A stretch of 64,000 nucleotides of DNA from Gammaproteobacteria bacterium (GTDB lineage Bacteria > Pseudomonadota > Gammaproteobacteria > Chromatiales > Chromatiaceae). The notes below the pieces were generated by a model that searched no databases, was not told where the DNA came from, and saw only the letters and a list, made by a program, of their open reading frames with translations. Location: NCBI GenBank assembly GCA_009908845.1, contig JAAAOQ010000221.1:13048-77047 (forward strand), read 5' to 3'. Numbering within the stretch: position 1 is the first letter of the stretch; each line of letters opens with the position of its first letter. The position numbers and the translations under genes are program-made. Of this stretch, positions 1 through 12,316 are shown in pieces.

Positions 1-391
1 GCAATCCCAGCCATTGCCGTAGGCCGGTCCGCTCGCCCAATACTGGTCCCGACAGTGCGCCGGTCAAGAGCGGCTGCAGCGCGGTCACCAACGCGATGAT
101 CCCGGCCGGTGCACCCTGTTCCAGGGCAAGCATCACACAGGTGAGCCAGACGCCATGCGCGAGGACGCCGACGATTGCCGCATGGCCGACCGCGCGTGCA
201 CCCGGCCACCGCAGTCGGCAGCGGACCGTCAGCCAGAGCCCGAGCACCAGTGTCAGCACCGAGTAGCGCCAGAGCATCAGGGTCCAGGGGCCGGCATTAG
301 GCAAGCCATACTCGGCGCCGATGAAACCGGAGTTCCAGAGCAGTACGAACAGGATCTCGAGACCGACGAGATGAGCGAGAAAACGGGGCAT
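1..391 (-). CDS. DMT/EamA family transporter, 5' part (runs off the window)
   Basis: Not in the ORF track. Manual translation from ATG at 391 (AGGAG RBS upstream): MPRFLAHLVGLEILFVLLWNSGFIGAEYGLPNAGPWTLMLWRY...GIIALVTALQPLLTGALSGPVLGER, a typical EamA pattern. Confidence 0.85.
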   Translation of the reverse strand, partial: MPRFLAHLVGLEILFVLLWNSGFIGAEYGLPNAGPWTLMLWRYSVLTLVLGLWLTVRCRLRWPGARAVGHAAIVGVLAHGVWLTCVMLALEQGAPAGIIALVTALQPLLTGALSGPVLGERTGLRQWLGL

Positions 392-400
392 AGGGCTCCT

Positions 401-625
401 TTGTCCACGGCGAATGTGGGCAAGGCTGTGGATAGAGTTGGGATGCTGCGCGCTGCCGACTGATTTACCGACTGTTTCGGGATGCCGACGCCAACTTGGT
501 CAGAGACTGATCAACACCCTTCAATCAAGCGCTTACGTTGACCAGTGCTGTTTTAGTCCGACATCGTTGGCGAGCATTGTCAAGCCCGGCTTATCCACCA
601 GTGCTGTGGATAACCTGGTGAATAA
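401..625. promoter_or_regulatory. Two DnaA-box triads flanking an IHF site
   Basis: Boxes TTGTCCACG 401-409, TGTGGGCAA 415-423, TGTGGATAG 427-435; TTATCCACC 591-599, TGTGGATAA 605-613 (perfect), GGTGAATAA 617-625. AATCAAGCGCTTA at 523-535 matches IHF consensus WATCAANNNNTTR. Confidence 0.7.
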
Positions 626-863
626 CTGGGCAGGTGACGGTCTCGGGCCCTGTTGTCGTTGGGGTTTTGGGGCCTCCGCGTTCGCTTGGTCCCCAATTGT
701 TCAGCGCGGGATCGACGCCGGCATCTCGATCCGGTATTGCGATCTGGCCATCAGGTATCGAAACGTTTTTCCCCACAAGGTCTTAGGTCGGTTGGGCGAG
801 GTTTTTCACGCTATCCTCTGGGTGACGAGAACTGATTTGTCGGCTACCCGAGGTAACACCGCG

Positions 864-1502
864 ATGCCCGATCTGCTTAAATTGACCCTCGCCACGATCC
901 CGGAGGCGTTCTTCCATCGGATCGAGGCACGCATGACCAGCTGTACCGCGATTGCCTATCGCCAGGCTGTACGTACGCCGCCCGAGGTGCCCGCGTACCG
1001 GATGCGCTTGGGGACGACGCGCTATTTCGAGCGCAGCGAGGCATTCCGTCTCAGCGCCGAGGATGTCGGGATACCCTGTCGCCACGAGTATGTGAACACG
1101 CACGCATTCCCGCTGGCATTGAGCGGCCACTTTCTGATCACCCACGCCAAGGTGGCGTACTGGGGTGAGCCGATCGAGGACAAGGATTACAAGCAGGCGC
1201 TGGCGCGGCACAACCCCAGCGATGGCGAGCAGCTCGCACTCTGGGATGATACCGACCCGGATGCCGGCATCTTCGCGGTCTTGGTCGTGCGCTATGCCGA
1301 GCCAGGGTCGGGTCAGGATGAGTCGGTGCCGATGCGCATCGGCTTCGGCGTGCCGACACGCGATCTCAAGGGTTGGCACTTGCTGCTGACGCTCGAACAG
1401 CTCTTTGCGGCCTATGCCGATCAGGTTCCACAGCTGGTCGACCAGGCCAGGCCAGTGCTGAAGGCCAAGCGGGGTCGGATGGATACACCGAACAGCCAAT
1501 AA
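864..1502 (+). CDS. Hypothetical 212-aa protein, putative toxin partner of the downstream XRE-ImmA/IrrE protein (RmrT-like)
   Basis: ATG at 864 after GAGG. The ORF-track extension to 414 overlaps the DnaA boxes and is unlikely. Ends 20 bp before the peptidase gene. Confidence 0.6.
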   Translation: MPDLLKLTLATIPEAFFHRIEARMTSCTAIAYRQAVRTPPEVPAYRMRLGTTRYFERSEAFRLSAEDVGIPCRHEYVNTHAFPLALSGHFLITHAKVAYWGEPIEDKDYKQALARHNPSDGEQLALWDDTDPDAGIFAVLVVRYAEPGSGQDESVPMRIGFGVPTRDLKGWHLLLTLEQLFAAYADQVPQLVDQARPVLKAKRGRMDTPNSQ

Positions 1503-1522
1503 CACCACAGGACAAGATCTCG

Positions 1523-2725
1523 ATGATGTTTGGAGGATTCCCGGGCTTTGAGGCCACCCAATTGACCGAAGCGCGGCTCGCCCGGGGGCTGACGCGCGCC
1601 GCTCTGGCAGCGGCTGTGGACCGCTCAGCGTCAACCCTGAGCAAGTGGGAGGCGGGGCAGCAGACACCGACCCCCGATGCGCTCGAGGCCCTGGCGCGAG
1701 TCTTGCTCGTGCCGCGGGAGTTCTTCTTCAACGGTCCGTTCGATGCGGGTGAGCGTCCGCGTTTCTTCCGCTCGATGGCCAACGCCACCAAGCGCTCGCG
1801 CGAGCGCATCCAGCAGCATCTGCTGTGGCTGCAGCGCATCAGTCATCAGCTACAGACCTGGGTGGACTTGCCGGCCGTGGATCTACCGGACCTCGGCGGC
1901 ACCGATTTCCGGCTGCTGCAGTCCTGCGAGATCGAGGATGCGGTGGCCTGCCTGCGCGCGCGCTGGCGGCTCGGGCGCGCGCCGATCCCGGATGTCCTGT
2001 TGGTGCTGGAGAACGCTGGCATCGTCGTTGGTCGCTGTTCGTTCGCGGCGCCGTCGATCGACGGCGTATCGCATTGGTCGCTGGCAGACGATCGGCCCTA
2101 TGTGCTGCTGTCGTCGGACAAGCGCGCGGCGGTGCGCTCGCGCTTCGATGCCGCTCATGAGCTCGGGCACCTGGTGCTGCATCGCCACGTGGATGCCGGT
2201 GCGCTGACTCATCGGGATGAGTTCAAGGAGCTGGAGCGGCAGGCGCATCGCTTCGCGAGCGCCTTTTTGCTGCCGTCCGAGGGCTTCGTCAACGAGCTGG
2301 CCGAGACCTCACTAGATGTGTTCCAGGCGCTGAAACCGCGCTGGGGGGTATCGATTGCCGCGATGATCTATCGCTGCAAGGACCTCGGACTGATCTCCGA
2401 AGAGCATGCCGGGCGATTGTTCAAGGCGAGCAGCGCGCGCGGTTGGGCGCGTCGCGAGCCGGGCGACGACCGCTTGGTCGTTGAACGCCCGCGCCTGATG
2501 GAGCGCAGCATTCGGCTGCTTTTGACCGAGGGCGGGTTCTCGGTGGACCAGCTGCTCGCGGCATTAGGGCTGGCGCCGGCAGACATCGAGGCCCTGGCAG
2601 GCTTGCCGGACGGGCTGCTCTCGAACGGCCCTGCTCAGGTGCGGCTGATGCCGACGCCGCGACCAAAGCCGGCGTGCCCGTCCGAGAGCTGCGCCGAGGT
2701 GATCCCGATCCGCGGTGGCTCGTAA
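1523..2725 (+). CDS. XRE-family HTH fused to ImmA/IrrE (Peptidase_M78) zinc metallopeptidase (RmrA-like)
   Basis: N-terminal HTH (LTEARLARGLTRAALAAAVDRSASTLSKWEAG), RFDAAHELGHLVLH HExxH motif, E-x-x-A-x-x-FA motif (ERQAHRFASAFLLP). Confidence 0.88.
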   Translation: MMFGGFPGFEATQLTEARLARGLTRAALAAAVDRSASTLSKWEAGQQTPTPDALEALARVLLVPREFFFNGPFDAGERPRFFRSMANATKRSRERIQQHLLWLQRISHQLQTWVDLPAVDLPDLGGTDFRLLQSCEIEDAVACLRARWRLGRAPIPDVLLVLENAGIVVGRCSFAAPSIDGVSHWSLADDRPYVLLSSDKRAAVRSRFDAAHELGHLVLHRHVDAGALTHRDEFKELERQAHRFASAFLLPSEGFVNELAETSLDVFQALKPRWGVSIAAMIYRCKDLGLISEEHAGRLFKASSARGWARREPGDDRLVVERPRLMERSIRLLLTEGGFSVDQLLAALGLAPADIEALAGLPDGLLSNGPAQVRLMPTPRPKPACPSESCAEVIPIRGGS

Positions 2726-2821
2726 GTGGTGCCAGCTGACGAGCGGCAAGCGGCGGTGCGCTGCGAGCGGGTTGATGGAACGCCGCTTGGGTACAACCTC
2801 CGGGGCGTTATCAATCACGGG

Positions 2822-3205
2822 ATGACCATGAGCATGGCCGAGCTAACAACATTCTTCGATGGCGGCTGCCCACTGTGCAGCCGCGAGATCGCGCATTACC
2901 GCAAGATCGATCGCGCTGGGCGGGTCCGTTGGGTCGACATCACACAGGAACCCAACGAGCTCGCCGCCGCTGGGCTCGACCTGCCTACCGCGATGCGGCG
3001 ATTGCATGTTCAAGATCCAGAAGGGCGAATGCTAAGCGGCGTCGCTGCATTCGTCGCGATCTGGCGACGGCTTCCGCGCTGGCACTGGCTCGCGCGCCTG
3101 GTCAGCGGCTTGCGCCTGACCGGTCTGCTCGAATGGGCCTATCGGCGCTTCGCAGAGCGCCGCTTTCGGCAGCGCTGCGCCGATGGAGCCTGCCCTGTCG
3201 AGTGA
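2822..3205 (+). CDS. DCC1-like/DUF393 thiol-disulfide oxidoreductase family protein
   Basis: FDGGCPLC (DxxCxxC) motif at the N-terminus. Start may instead be 2828 or 2834. Confidence 0.85.
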   Translation: MTMSMAELTTFFDGGCPLCSREIAHYRKIDRAGRVRWVDITQEPNELAAAGLDLPTAMRRLHVQDPEGRMLSGVAAFVAIWRRLPRWHWLARLVSGLRLTGLLEWAYRRFAERRFRQRCADGACPVE

Positions 3206-3211
3206 GCAAAT

Positions 3212-4963
3212 CTATCGGCCGTTAGTCGCGTCCGGCGCCTCCGCGTGCGAGGTCTGACTGATCTCAGCCACCGCGACCCGATTGCGCCCGCCATGCTTGG
3301 CGCGGTAGAGCGCCGCGTCGGCGCGGGCGAGGGCGGCATCAATCGTGGTATCCACGCTGCGTAGCGCTGTGACACCAACGCTGATCGTGGCCTTGATAGG
3401 TGGACCCTGTGCTGGCTCGACCGGTGTTTGCTCGATGGTCGCTCGCAGACGCTCGGCGAACAACCGCGCCGCGGCTTGGTCGGTCTCTGGAAGCAGGATC
3501 ACGAACTCCTCGCCGCCGATGCGCCCGACCTGGTCACTGCGGCGCAGCGCGGCGCGCATCAGCGTTGCACAGTGGCGCAGGACCACATCACCCTGATGAT
3601 GGCCGAAGCTGTCGTTGATCTGCTTGAAGTGGTCTAGGTCGATCATCAGCACAGCGGCCTCACGGCCGCTGCTGCGTTTCAGCCGCGCAAGCTCTTCCTC
3701 GAGACGGGAGATGAATGCGCGCCGATTCGCCAATCCTGTCAGGTCATCCCTTGTGGCCTGCTCGAGCAGGGTCGCTTCCAAACGCTTGCGGTTACTGATG
3801 TCGAGGAAGATGCAGGCAAACTGACCGGGCTGAGGACAGTAGGCGTGGACCTCGAAGGTCTTGTCGGGCGCCTTGGTGTACTGCTCGAAGTCGGCAGACT
3901 GACCGCTCATCGCCACGTGTGCATAGGTGTCGATCCATACCGGCTCGAGATCGGGCAACACCGCTCTGGCGGTGCAGCCGATCAGCGCCGAGGCGCTCAA
4001 GCCCGTGAGCCGCTCGAAGGCGGGATTCACACTGAGAAAGCGGTAGTCACAAGGCCGCCCGCAGGCGTCGAAGACCAGTTCGTGCAGCGCAAACCCTGAC
4101 TGCATGGCGTTGAAGAGCTGTCTGAAGCGGTGTTCGCTTGCGCGTAACGCCGCCTCAGCGCGGCGCTGAGCTGTCACGTCTCGTCCGACGCATTGCAGTT
4201 CAACCACCAGGCCGCGCTGATCCAAGACCGCTTGATCTGTCCATTGCACCCAACGGACTTCGCCATCGCCCCGACGCACACGGTGCCCGTAGGTCTTGAC
4301 TGGATGCCCGGCGTGACACTCCTTCAGGCTTTCCGTGACGAAGGCATGCTCGTCCTCAGGGATCAGTGCCATGAAATTGCGTCCGAGAAGCCTGTCTCGC
4401 CCTCGCCCGAAGTAGTCACAGTACGCCTGGTTGACGTAAGTGAGTGTCCCATCTGGCAGGGAACGGCAAACGAGATCGGGCAACGCCTCAACGATGGCCT
4501 TGTAGCGGTCCCGGTCGTGCTGAATCCGCCGCATACCTTCCCTGTGCTCGGTGATGTCGGTGATGAGGCCGTTCCAGAGGACGCTGCCGTCAGGCTCCGG
4601 CATCGGGTCAGCCTGGATATGAACCCATTTGACGCGTCCGCTCGGTGTCCGGATTTGGTATTCGTGGTCCCGGGGCGTCCGCTCTCGACTCGCTTGCTCG
4701 ACGAGAGCCTGATGCGCTGCCCGGTCCTCGGGCAGTAGGCAGCGGGTCAATGCGTTATGGTCGGCATAGGCCTCCTCGACCGGGACTTCGAACAGGGTTT
4801 CCGCACCCGGACTGAGGTAGCAGAACTGCCAGGTACCGTCGGCGCAGACCTTGAATTGGTACATCACGCCGGGGAGGCGCCCGAGGATCGTGTCTGGTGG
4901 CGCCCGCGAGCGGCCTGTTGCCTGTCCTAAAGCCGCCGTGTGTCCAACCATGTCCGCCTCCAT
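3212..4963 (-). CDS. Diguanylate cyclase with three PAS domains
   Basis: Three PAS/PAC repeats, DDLTGLANRR, GGEEF active site and RRSD (RxxD) I-site. Confidence 0.92.
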   Translation of the reverse strand: MEADMVGHTAALGQATGRSRAPPDTILGRLPGVMYQFKVCADGTWQFCYLSPGAETLFEVPVEEAYADHNALTRCLLPEDRAAHQALVEQASRERTPRDHEYQIRTPSGRVKWVHIQADPMPEPDGSVLWNGLITDITEHREGMRRIQHDRDRYKAIVEALPDLVCRSLPDGTLTYVNQAYCDYFGRGRDRLLGRNFMALIPEDEHAFVTESLKECHAGHPVKTYGHRVRRGDGEVRWVQWTDQAVLDQRGLVVELQCVGRDVTAQRRAEAALRASEHRFRQLFNAMQSGFALHELVFDACGRPCDYRFLSVNPAFERLTGLSASALIGCTARAVLPDLEPVWIDTYAHVAMSGQSADFEQYTKAPDKTFEVHAYCPQPGQFACIFLDISNRKRLEATLLEQATRDDLTGLANRRAFISRLEEELARLKRSSGREAAVLMIDLDHFKQINDSFGHHQGDVVLRHCATLMRAALRRSDQVGRIGGEEFVILLPETDQAAARLFAERLRATIEQTPVEPAQGPPIKATISVGVTALRSVDTTIDAALARADAALYRAKHGGRNRVAVAEISQTSHAEAPDATNGR

Positions 4964-5013
4964 CAGTCGCCCTTACGTCAGCGCCGGCGCCTTACTACTC
5001 CCAAACTGGCATT

Positions 5014-5097
5014 TAGAAACCCTAACAGAATGCCCTCTACGGCCTAACAAATCAGCAGCTTGTGCAGCCTAGCCGGGCATTTTGATAGGGCGTCTTA
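5014..5097. mobile_element. MITE family A (84 bp), copy 1
   Basis: TA-bounded, imperfect terminal inverted repeats (TAGAAACCCTAACAGAATGCCC ... GGGCATTTTGATAGGGCGTCTTA), internal IHF-like AATCAGCAGCTTG at 5050-5062. Confidence 0.7.
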
Positions 5098-5232
5098 GAA
5101 GCCCTAACGTGCATGGCGCGGTGCCACCCCGGACGATGACTCCCGCGTGATTCACGGTAACAGAATGCCCCCTGTCGCCACATAGATCAGGAGGTTGCGC
5201 GAGTCAAGCGGCTGTTTCGATAGGGCCTTCTA
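5096..5232. mobile_element. MITE family A, copy 2, interrupted by a family B element
   Basis: Removing the insert plus one TA (53 bp) restores an 84-bp element, TAGAAGCCCTAACAGAATGCCC...GATAGGGCCTTCTA, collinear with copy 1. Confidence 0.7.
5105..5159. mobile_element. MITE family B (55 bp), nested in family A copy 2
   Basis: TA duplication at both ends, TIRs TAACGTGCATGGCGCGG / CCGCGTGATTCACGGTA, similar copy at 17959-18013. Confidence 0.72.
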
Positions 5233-5389
5233 GTATTGGGTCTAAGTCTTACAGGTCTCGTGATCAGACGCGATCAGGGGAACCCTGAAATCGCAAGCGA
5301 GCGGACCAGCCAATCGGACGCGCAGCCCGGGAGCGCTGCCGCTAGACTAGGGTGCCCAGTTTCGACTACCGACCCAGAGGAGCGCCCCC

Positions 5390-9079
<3,690 letters not shown>

Positions 9080-9320
9080 AGCGCCGCTGAGTGAAGGCGA
9101 TGCTGCTGATGCGCGACACCTGCTCGCCGAGCGGCGATTGCCCTGCGAACCGGTCGGCATCTTCGAGCCGGTTTGTGGGGTGTCGATCCCGGCTGCTGGC
9201 TAACCCGCGCAGCGGTCAACTGCGGTTCCCAGGTTGAACCCGAGCGCAGATTCAGGCAGTCTTCACCCGGTTTAGGCTTGCCCATGAGCGGCGCGAACTT
9301 GCGCGAAGAGGAAGAATTCA

Positions 9321-10475
9321 GTGAGTGATAACAAATCCGGTCTCGGTTCCTGGCTGGAGACCTTGAAGACCAAAGACATCGGTATGTTGTCGGTCCAGGC
9401 TGTTGCGGTATTTGTGGTCGTCGGCACGGCTTACGTGCTGTTCGCAGGTGACAGCTCGGATGGTCAGCAACTGTCGCCCTCGGCGATCGCCTCGAACCTG
9501 GACCCGATCGGAACGGTTCGGGTTGCCCAGCCTGAGCCGGCACCGGCAACGCCTCAGGAGGACGCACCTGCATCTGAGCCCGAGCCCGCTGCGGCGTCCG
9601 CGGAGTCTGCCGCCCCTGAACCGTCCCAAGAGCCGGCCGAGGAGTCCGCTCCGGCCGAGACCGAGGTTGCTGCGAGCGATGCGTCCGATGATTCGGCTAC
9701 CGCTGGCACCACTGAGACCGACGTATCCGAGGCTGCCCCGAGCGAACCGACGGAAGAGTCAGCGGCTGCCACGCCTGATGCGGAGCCTGTAGAGGAGTCG
9801 ACGGCAGAAGCGGCAGAACCGGCGGCAGCGGATGTGGCGGAAGCCGAGACTGCGCCTGCAGAGAGCGCGGCCGAGGCTGACACAGCCGCAGAGCCGGCGC
9901 CTGCCCCCGAAGTCGCCGAGGCTGAGACCGCCGCAGAGCCGGCGCCTGCTCCGGAGGTCGCCGAGGCTGAGACCGCAGCGGCCGAGCAGGCCGAGGCAGC
10001 AGCACCTGAGCCGGCGACCGCCCCGGAAGAGACCTCCGCTGCTCCGGCCGAGGCGGCGCCTACGACTGAGACGGCCAAAGCCGAGGCAGCCGAGGCCTCA
10101 GCTGCGGCGGACCAGGCTGGCGATGCACCGGTCACTGAGGATAGTGCTGAGGCGCAGCCTATGACGCCTGAACCGGCTGCCGCCGAGACGGCGGCTGCGG
10201 AACCGGAGCCGGCCAAAGAGTCTGCCGCGACCGAGCCTGAGCCCACGCCGATGGAGTCGGCCTCCAAGGCTGAGACTGGAGCCGCGGAGGAGGCGACCGC
10301 AGCGGCTGATCAAGCGGAGCAGGCGCTGCCAGAGGCCAAGCTACCGGAGCCGTCCCAGCCTGGGACCTTTACACCGCCGGTCGAGCCGCGAAAGTTCATG
10401 CCCAGCCGGCCAATTCCGAATTGGGCGCCGCAGTTTGCACCGATGCCGCCGCGGGCAACCGCTTCTGGGCGCTGA
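9321..10475 (+). CDS. Membrane-anchored protein with a long acidic Ala/Glu/Pro-rich low-complexity tail
   Basis: One hydrophobic segment near the N-terminus, then about 300 aa of A/E/P/T-rich sequence. Followed by a terminator. Confidence 0.75.
   Translation: MSDNKSGLGSWLETLKTKDIGMLSVQAVAVFVVVGTAYVLFAGDSSDGQQLSPSAIASNLDPIGTVRVAQPEPAPATPQEDAPASEPEPAAASAESAAPEPSQEPAEESAPAETEVAASDASDDSATAGTTETDVSEAAPSEPTEESAAATPDAEPVEESTAEAAEPAAADVAEAETAPAESAAEADTAAEPAPAPEVAEAETAAEPAPAPEVAEAETAAAEQAEAAAPEPATAPEETSAAPAEAAPTTETAKAEAAEASAAADQAGDAPVTEDSAEAQPMTPEPAAAETAAAEPEPAKESAATEPEPTPMESASKAETGAAEEATAAADQAEQALPEAKLPEPSQPGTFTPPVEPRKFMPSRPIPNWAPQFAPMPPRATASGR
9886..9980 (+). repeat. 45-bp in-frame tandem duplication (AAEPAPAPEVAEAET x2)
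   Basis: gccgcagagccggcgcctgc...gtcgccgaggctgagacc occurs twice in tandem. Confidence 0.8.
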
Positions 10476-10516
10476 TCGAATCGAATCGAGCACGCGCCGG
10501 AAGCAACCATGCCGAG

Positions 10517-10555
10517 CGCCGCAGCCCTTTCTGTAGGGCTGCGGCGTTTTGCTTT
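10517..10555 (+). terminator. Rho-independent terminator
   Basis: 12-bp stem CGCCGCAGCCCT / AGGGCTGCGGCG followed by TTTTGCTTT. Confidence 0.85.
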
Positions 10556-10637
10556 GGGGAGGACTCCGGTGGTTGCCGTCTAGGCTCATCTGAACGTTGG
10601 TCATCTCTTCGCTCTCCTTCTACCCCGCGCCGCTGTT

Positions 10638-10730
10638 TATAGCCATTCCGCCTGATCGCCGGACAGAAAGCGCCGGAACAGTCAGCACCGATGGGCTCAG
10701 CTTGTCCGGAAACCAGGGCGAGTGACTATA
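10638..10730. mobile_element. MITE family C (93 bp), copy 1
   Basis: TATAG...CTATA termini with imperfect TIRs. 91/93 identical to 18064-18156 by manual alignment. Confidence 0.85.
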
Positions 10731-10834
10731 TACCGCCCCGCTACGCTCCCTATGACGCGCCTGGAAGGCAAGCGAAAAAATCGCGCGCAGTGCGTTACGC
10801 GCTCTTGCGGCAACCGCCTTCCGGCGGGCTTCTC

Positions 10835-11719
10835 TCAGGTGGCGGCGATCCGCTCGTAATAGCGAGCGCGGTAGAGTAGGCGACCGGGCCCGGCGTCGTC
10901 TCGAAAGCGGCTGCGGCTGTGCAGCACATTGTTGCAAACGATGCCGCAGCCCGGGTCGAGCCGGACCTGGAAACTGGGTGTGGTCGGGTCGTCGAGGAAG
11001 CGTCGGATGGCGTCGACTGCAGCCTTTGTCGCCGGGTCATCGCGCCATCGGATGTTGCGTCGGCGATCGGTATAGCGCAATGCAAGTCGGCCGTGCTCGC
11101 CACGACGAAACACCGGGCCGATGCTCGGCGGCCGAACCTCGACCCCGTCGACGACGTTGGCCGGGATGGTCATCGCGGTGTTGTCGGTGAGTGCCCCGAT
11201 GTGCTCGGGGTCCTGCTCGCGCAGCCGGATATAGAGCATCTCCGGGTCGATTAGCCCGTTGATACCGCCATCAGTGGCCGGCTGCACGCAATGCAGGATG
11301 AAGGCATTGATCTGGCGGCCCGGGGCGTTGTAGTAACCGTCGGTGTGCCAAGCGAGCGGGCGATCGGTATAGGGGATATAGCCGCGGTGCAGCGCATCGG
11401 ACTGGACGCTGACTGATGTGATCGCATCATCATCGGCACCGGGATTGTGGTCGAGGCGGAGGAGCCCGAGCTGCTCGCCGAGCCGGTGTGGGATCACCTT
11501 GTCGGCGATGCCGCCGAGCGCACTCACGTAGATCGCCATGTTTGCCCGGCGGCAGCGGTCGATGATCGCGTTGCGCTCGCCGCTGGTGATCTGGCGGGGA
11601 TCGCGGACCTCGACGATCAGTTCGTCGAGCCGCTGCGGCGCCTCGGCGAGCTTGCGGTCACGCCAACGGGCGTAGTCGTCTGGATGGTCGAGGGTCAGAA
11701 GGGCGTCGAGGTTGGCCAT
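10835..11719 (-). CDS. TauD/TfdA family Fe(II)/2-oxoglutarate dioxygenase
   Basis: WHTDGYY (HxD) motif and distal NNVLHSR His/Arg motif. Confidence 0.85.
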   Translation of the reverse strand: MANLDALLTLDHPDDYARWRDRKLAEAPQRLDELIVEVRDPRQITSGERNAIIDRCRRANMAIYVSALGGIADKVIPHRLGEQLGLLRLDHNPGADDDAITSVSVQSDALHRGYIPYTDRPLAWHTDGYYNAPGRQINAFILHCVQPATDGGINGLIDPEMLYIRLREQDPEHIGALTDNTAMTIPANVVDGVEVRPPSIGPVFRRGEHGRLALRYTDRRRNIRWRDDPATKAAVDAIRRFLDDPTTPSFQVRLDPGCGIVCNNVLHSRSRFRDDAGPGRLLYRARYYERIAAT

Positions 11720-11839
11720 CGGATCAAGAGCTGAATGCTTAGGCGGAGGCTTGGCGCAGATCGGCGTTAGGGAACCAGGAAAGCCGCTGCTTGCCTTCTA
11801 TACTGGGATCAGGTTGGTGTCATTACAGGTGCAGCGACG

Positions 11840-12316
11840 ATGTCGAGCAAGGGTTACGAACATCTCCTTTTGGCTGTGGATTTTGCACCAGAGTCTCAGG
11901 TCGTGATCGACCGGGCATTGATGATGCGCGAGCGCTTCGGCGCACGCCTCTCGCTGGTGAATGTGGTCGAGTATGTTCCGCCGGGAACGGAGTATGTCGG
12001 TGGCGCCTTCGTCAGCGAGCCGATCCTTCCCGATGACGCCCGGTTGGAGCAAGAGCTGATCGAGGTCGCAAAGAAGGAGATCGATGCCTTGGGCGAACGG
12101 ATCGGGGTTCCGCCTCAGGACCGAATCATCGAGTCCGGCCCAACCAGTCGCGGGATTCAGCACGTAGCCCGTGATATCGGCGCTGACCTGATCGTCGTCG
12201 GCGTCCATGAGCGCAATTGGCTTGGTCGCTTGCTCGGTTCGACCCCGCAGTCGCTGCTCAAGCACGAGGTCTGCGATGTGCTGGCCGTGCGACTCGATGA
12301 GGCCGAGCCCGACTGA
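11840..12316 (+). CDS. Universal stress protein (UspA family)
   Basis: YEHLLLAVDF ... ADLIVVG ... LLGST ... CDVLAVR. Confidence 0.92.
   Translation: MSSKGYEHLLLAVDFAPESQVVIDRALMMRERFGARLSLVNVVEYVPPGTEYVGGAFVSEPILPDDARLEQELIEVAKKEIDALGERIGVPPQDRIIESGPTSRGIQHVARDIGADLIVVGVHERNWLGRLLGSTPQSLLKHEVCDVLAVRLDEAEPD

Noticed and set aside
401-800. Chromosomal oriC
   Set aside because: DnaA boxes, an IHF site and a few GATC sites are present, but there is no clear AT-rich unwinding element and no dnaA/dnaN/gidA context. Kept only as an alternative to the DARS-like reading.
414-863. N-terminal 150 aa of the 414..1502 ORF
   Set aside because: Overlaps the DnaA-box region with non-coding-like composition; a better start with RBS lies at 864.
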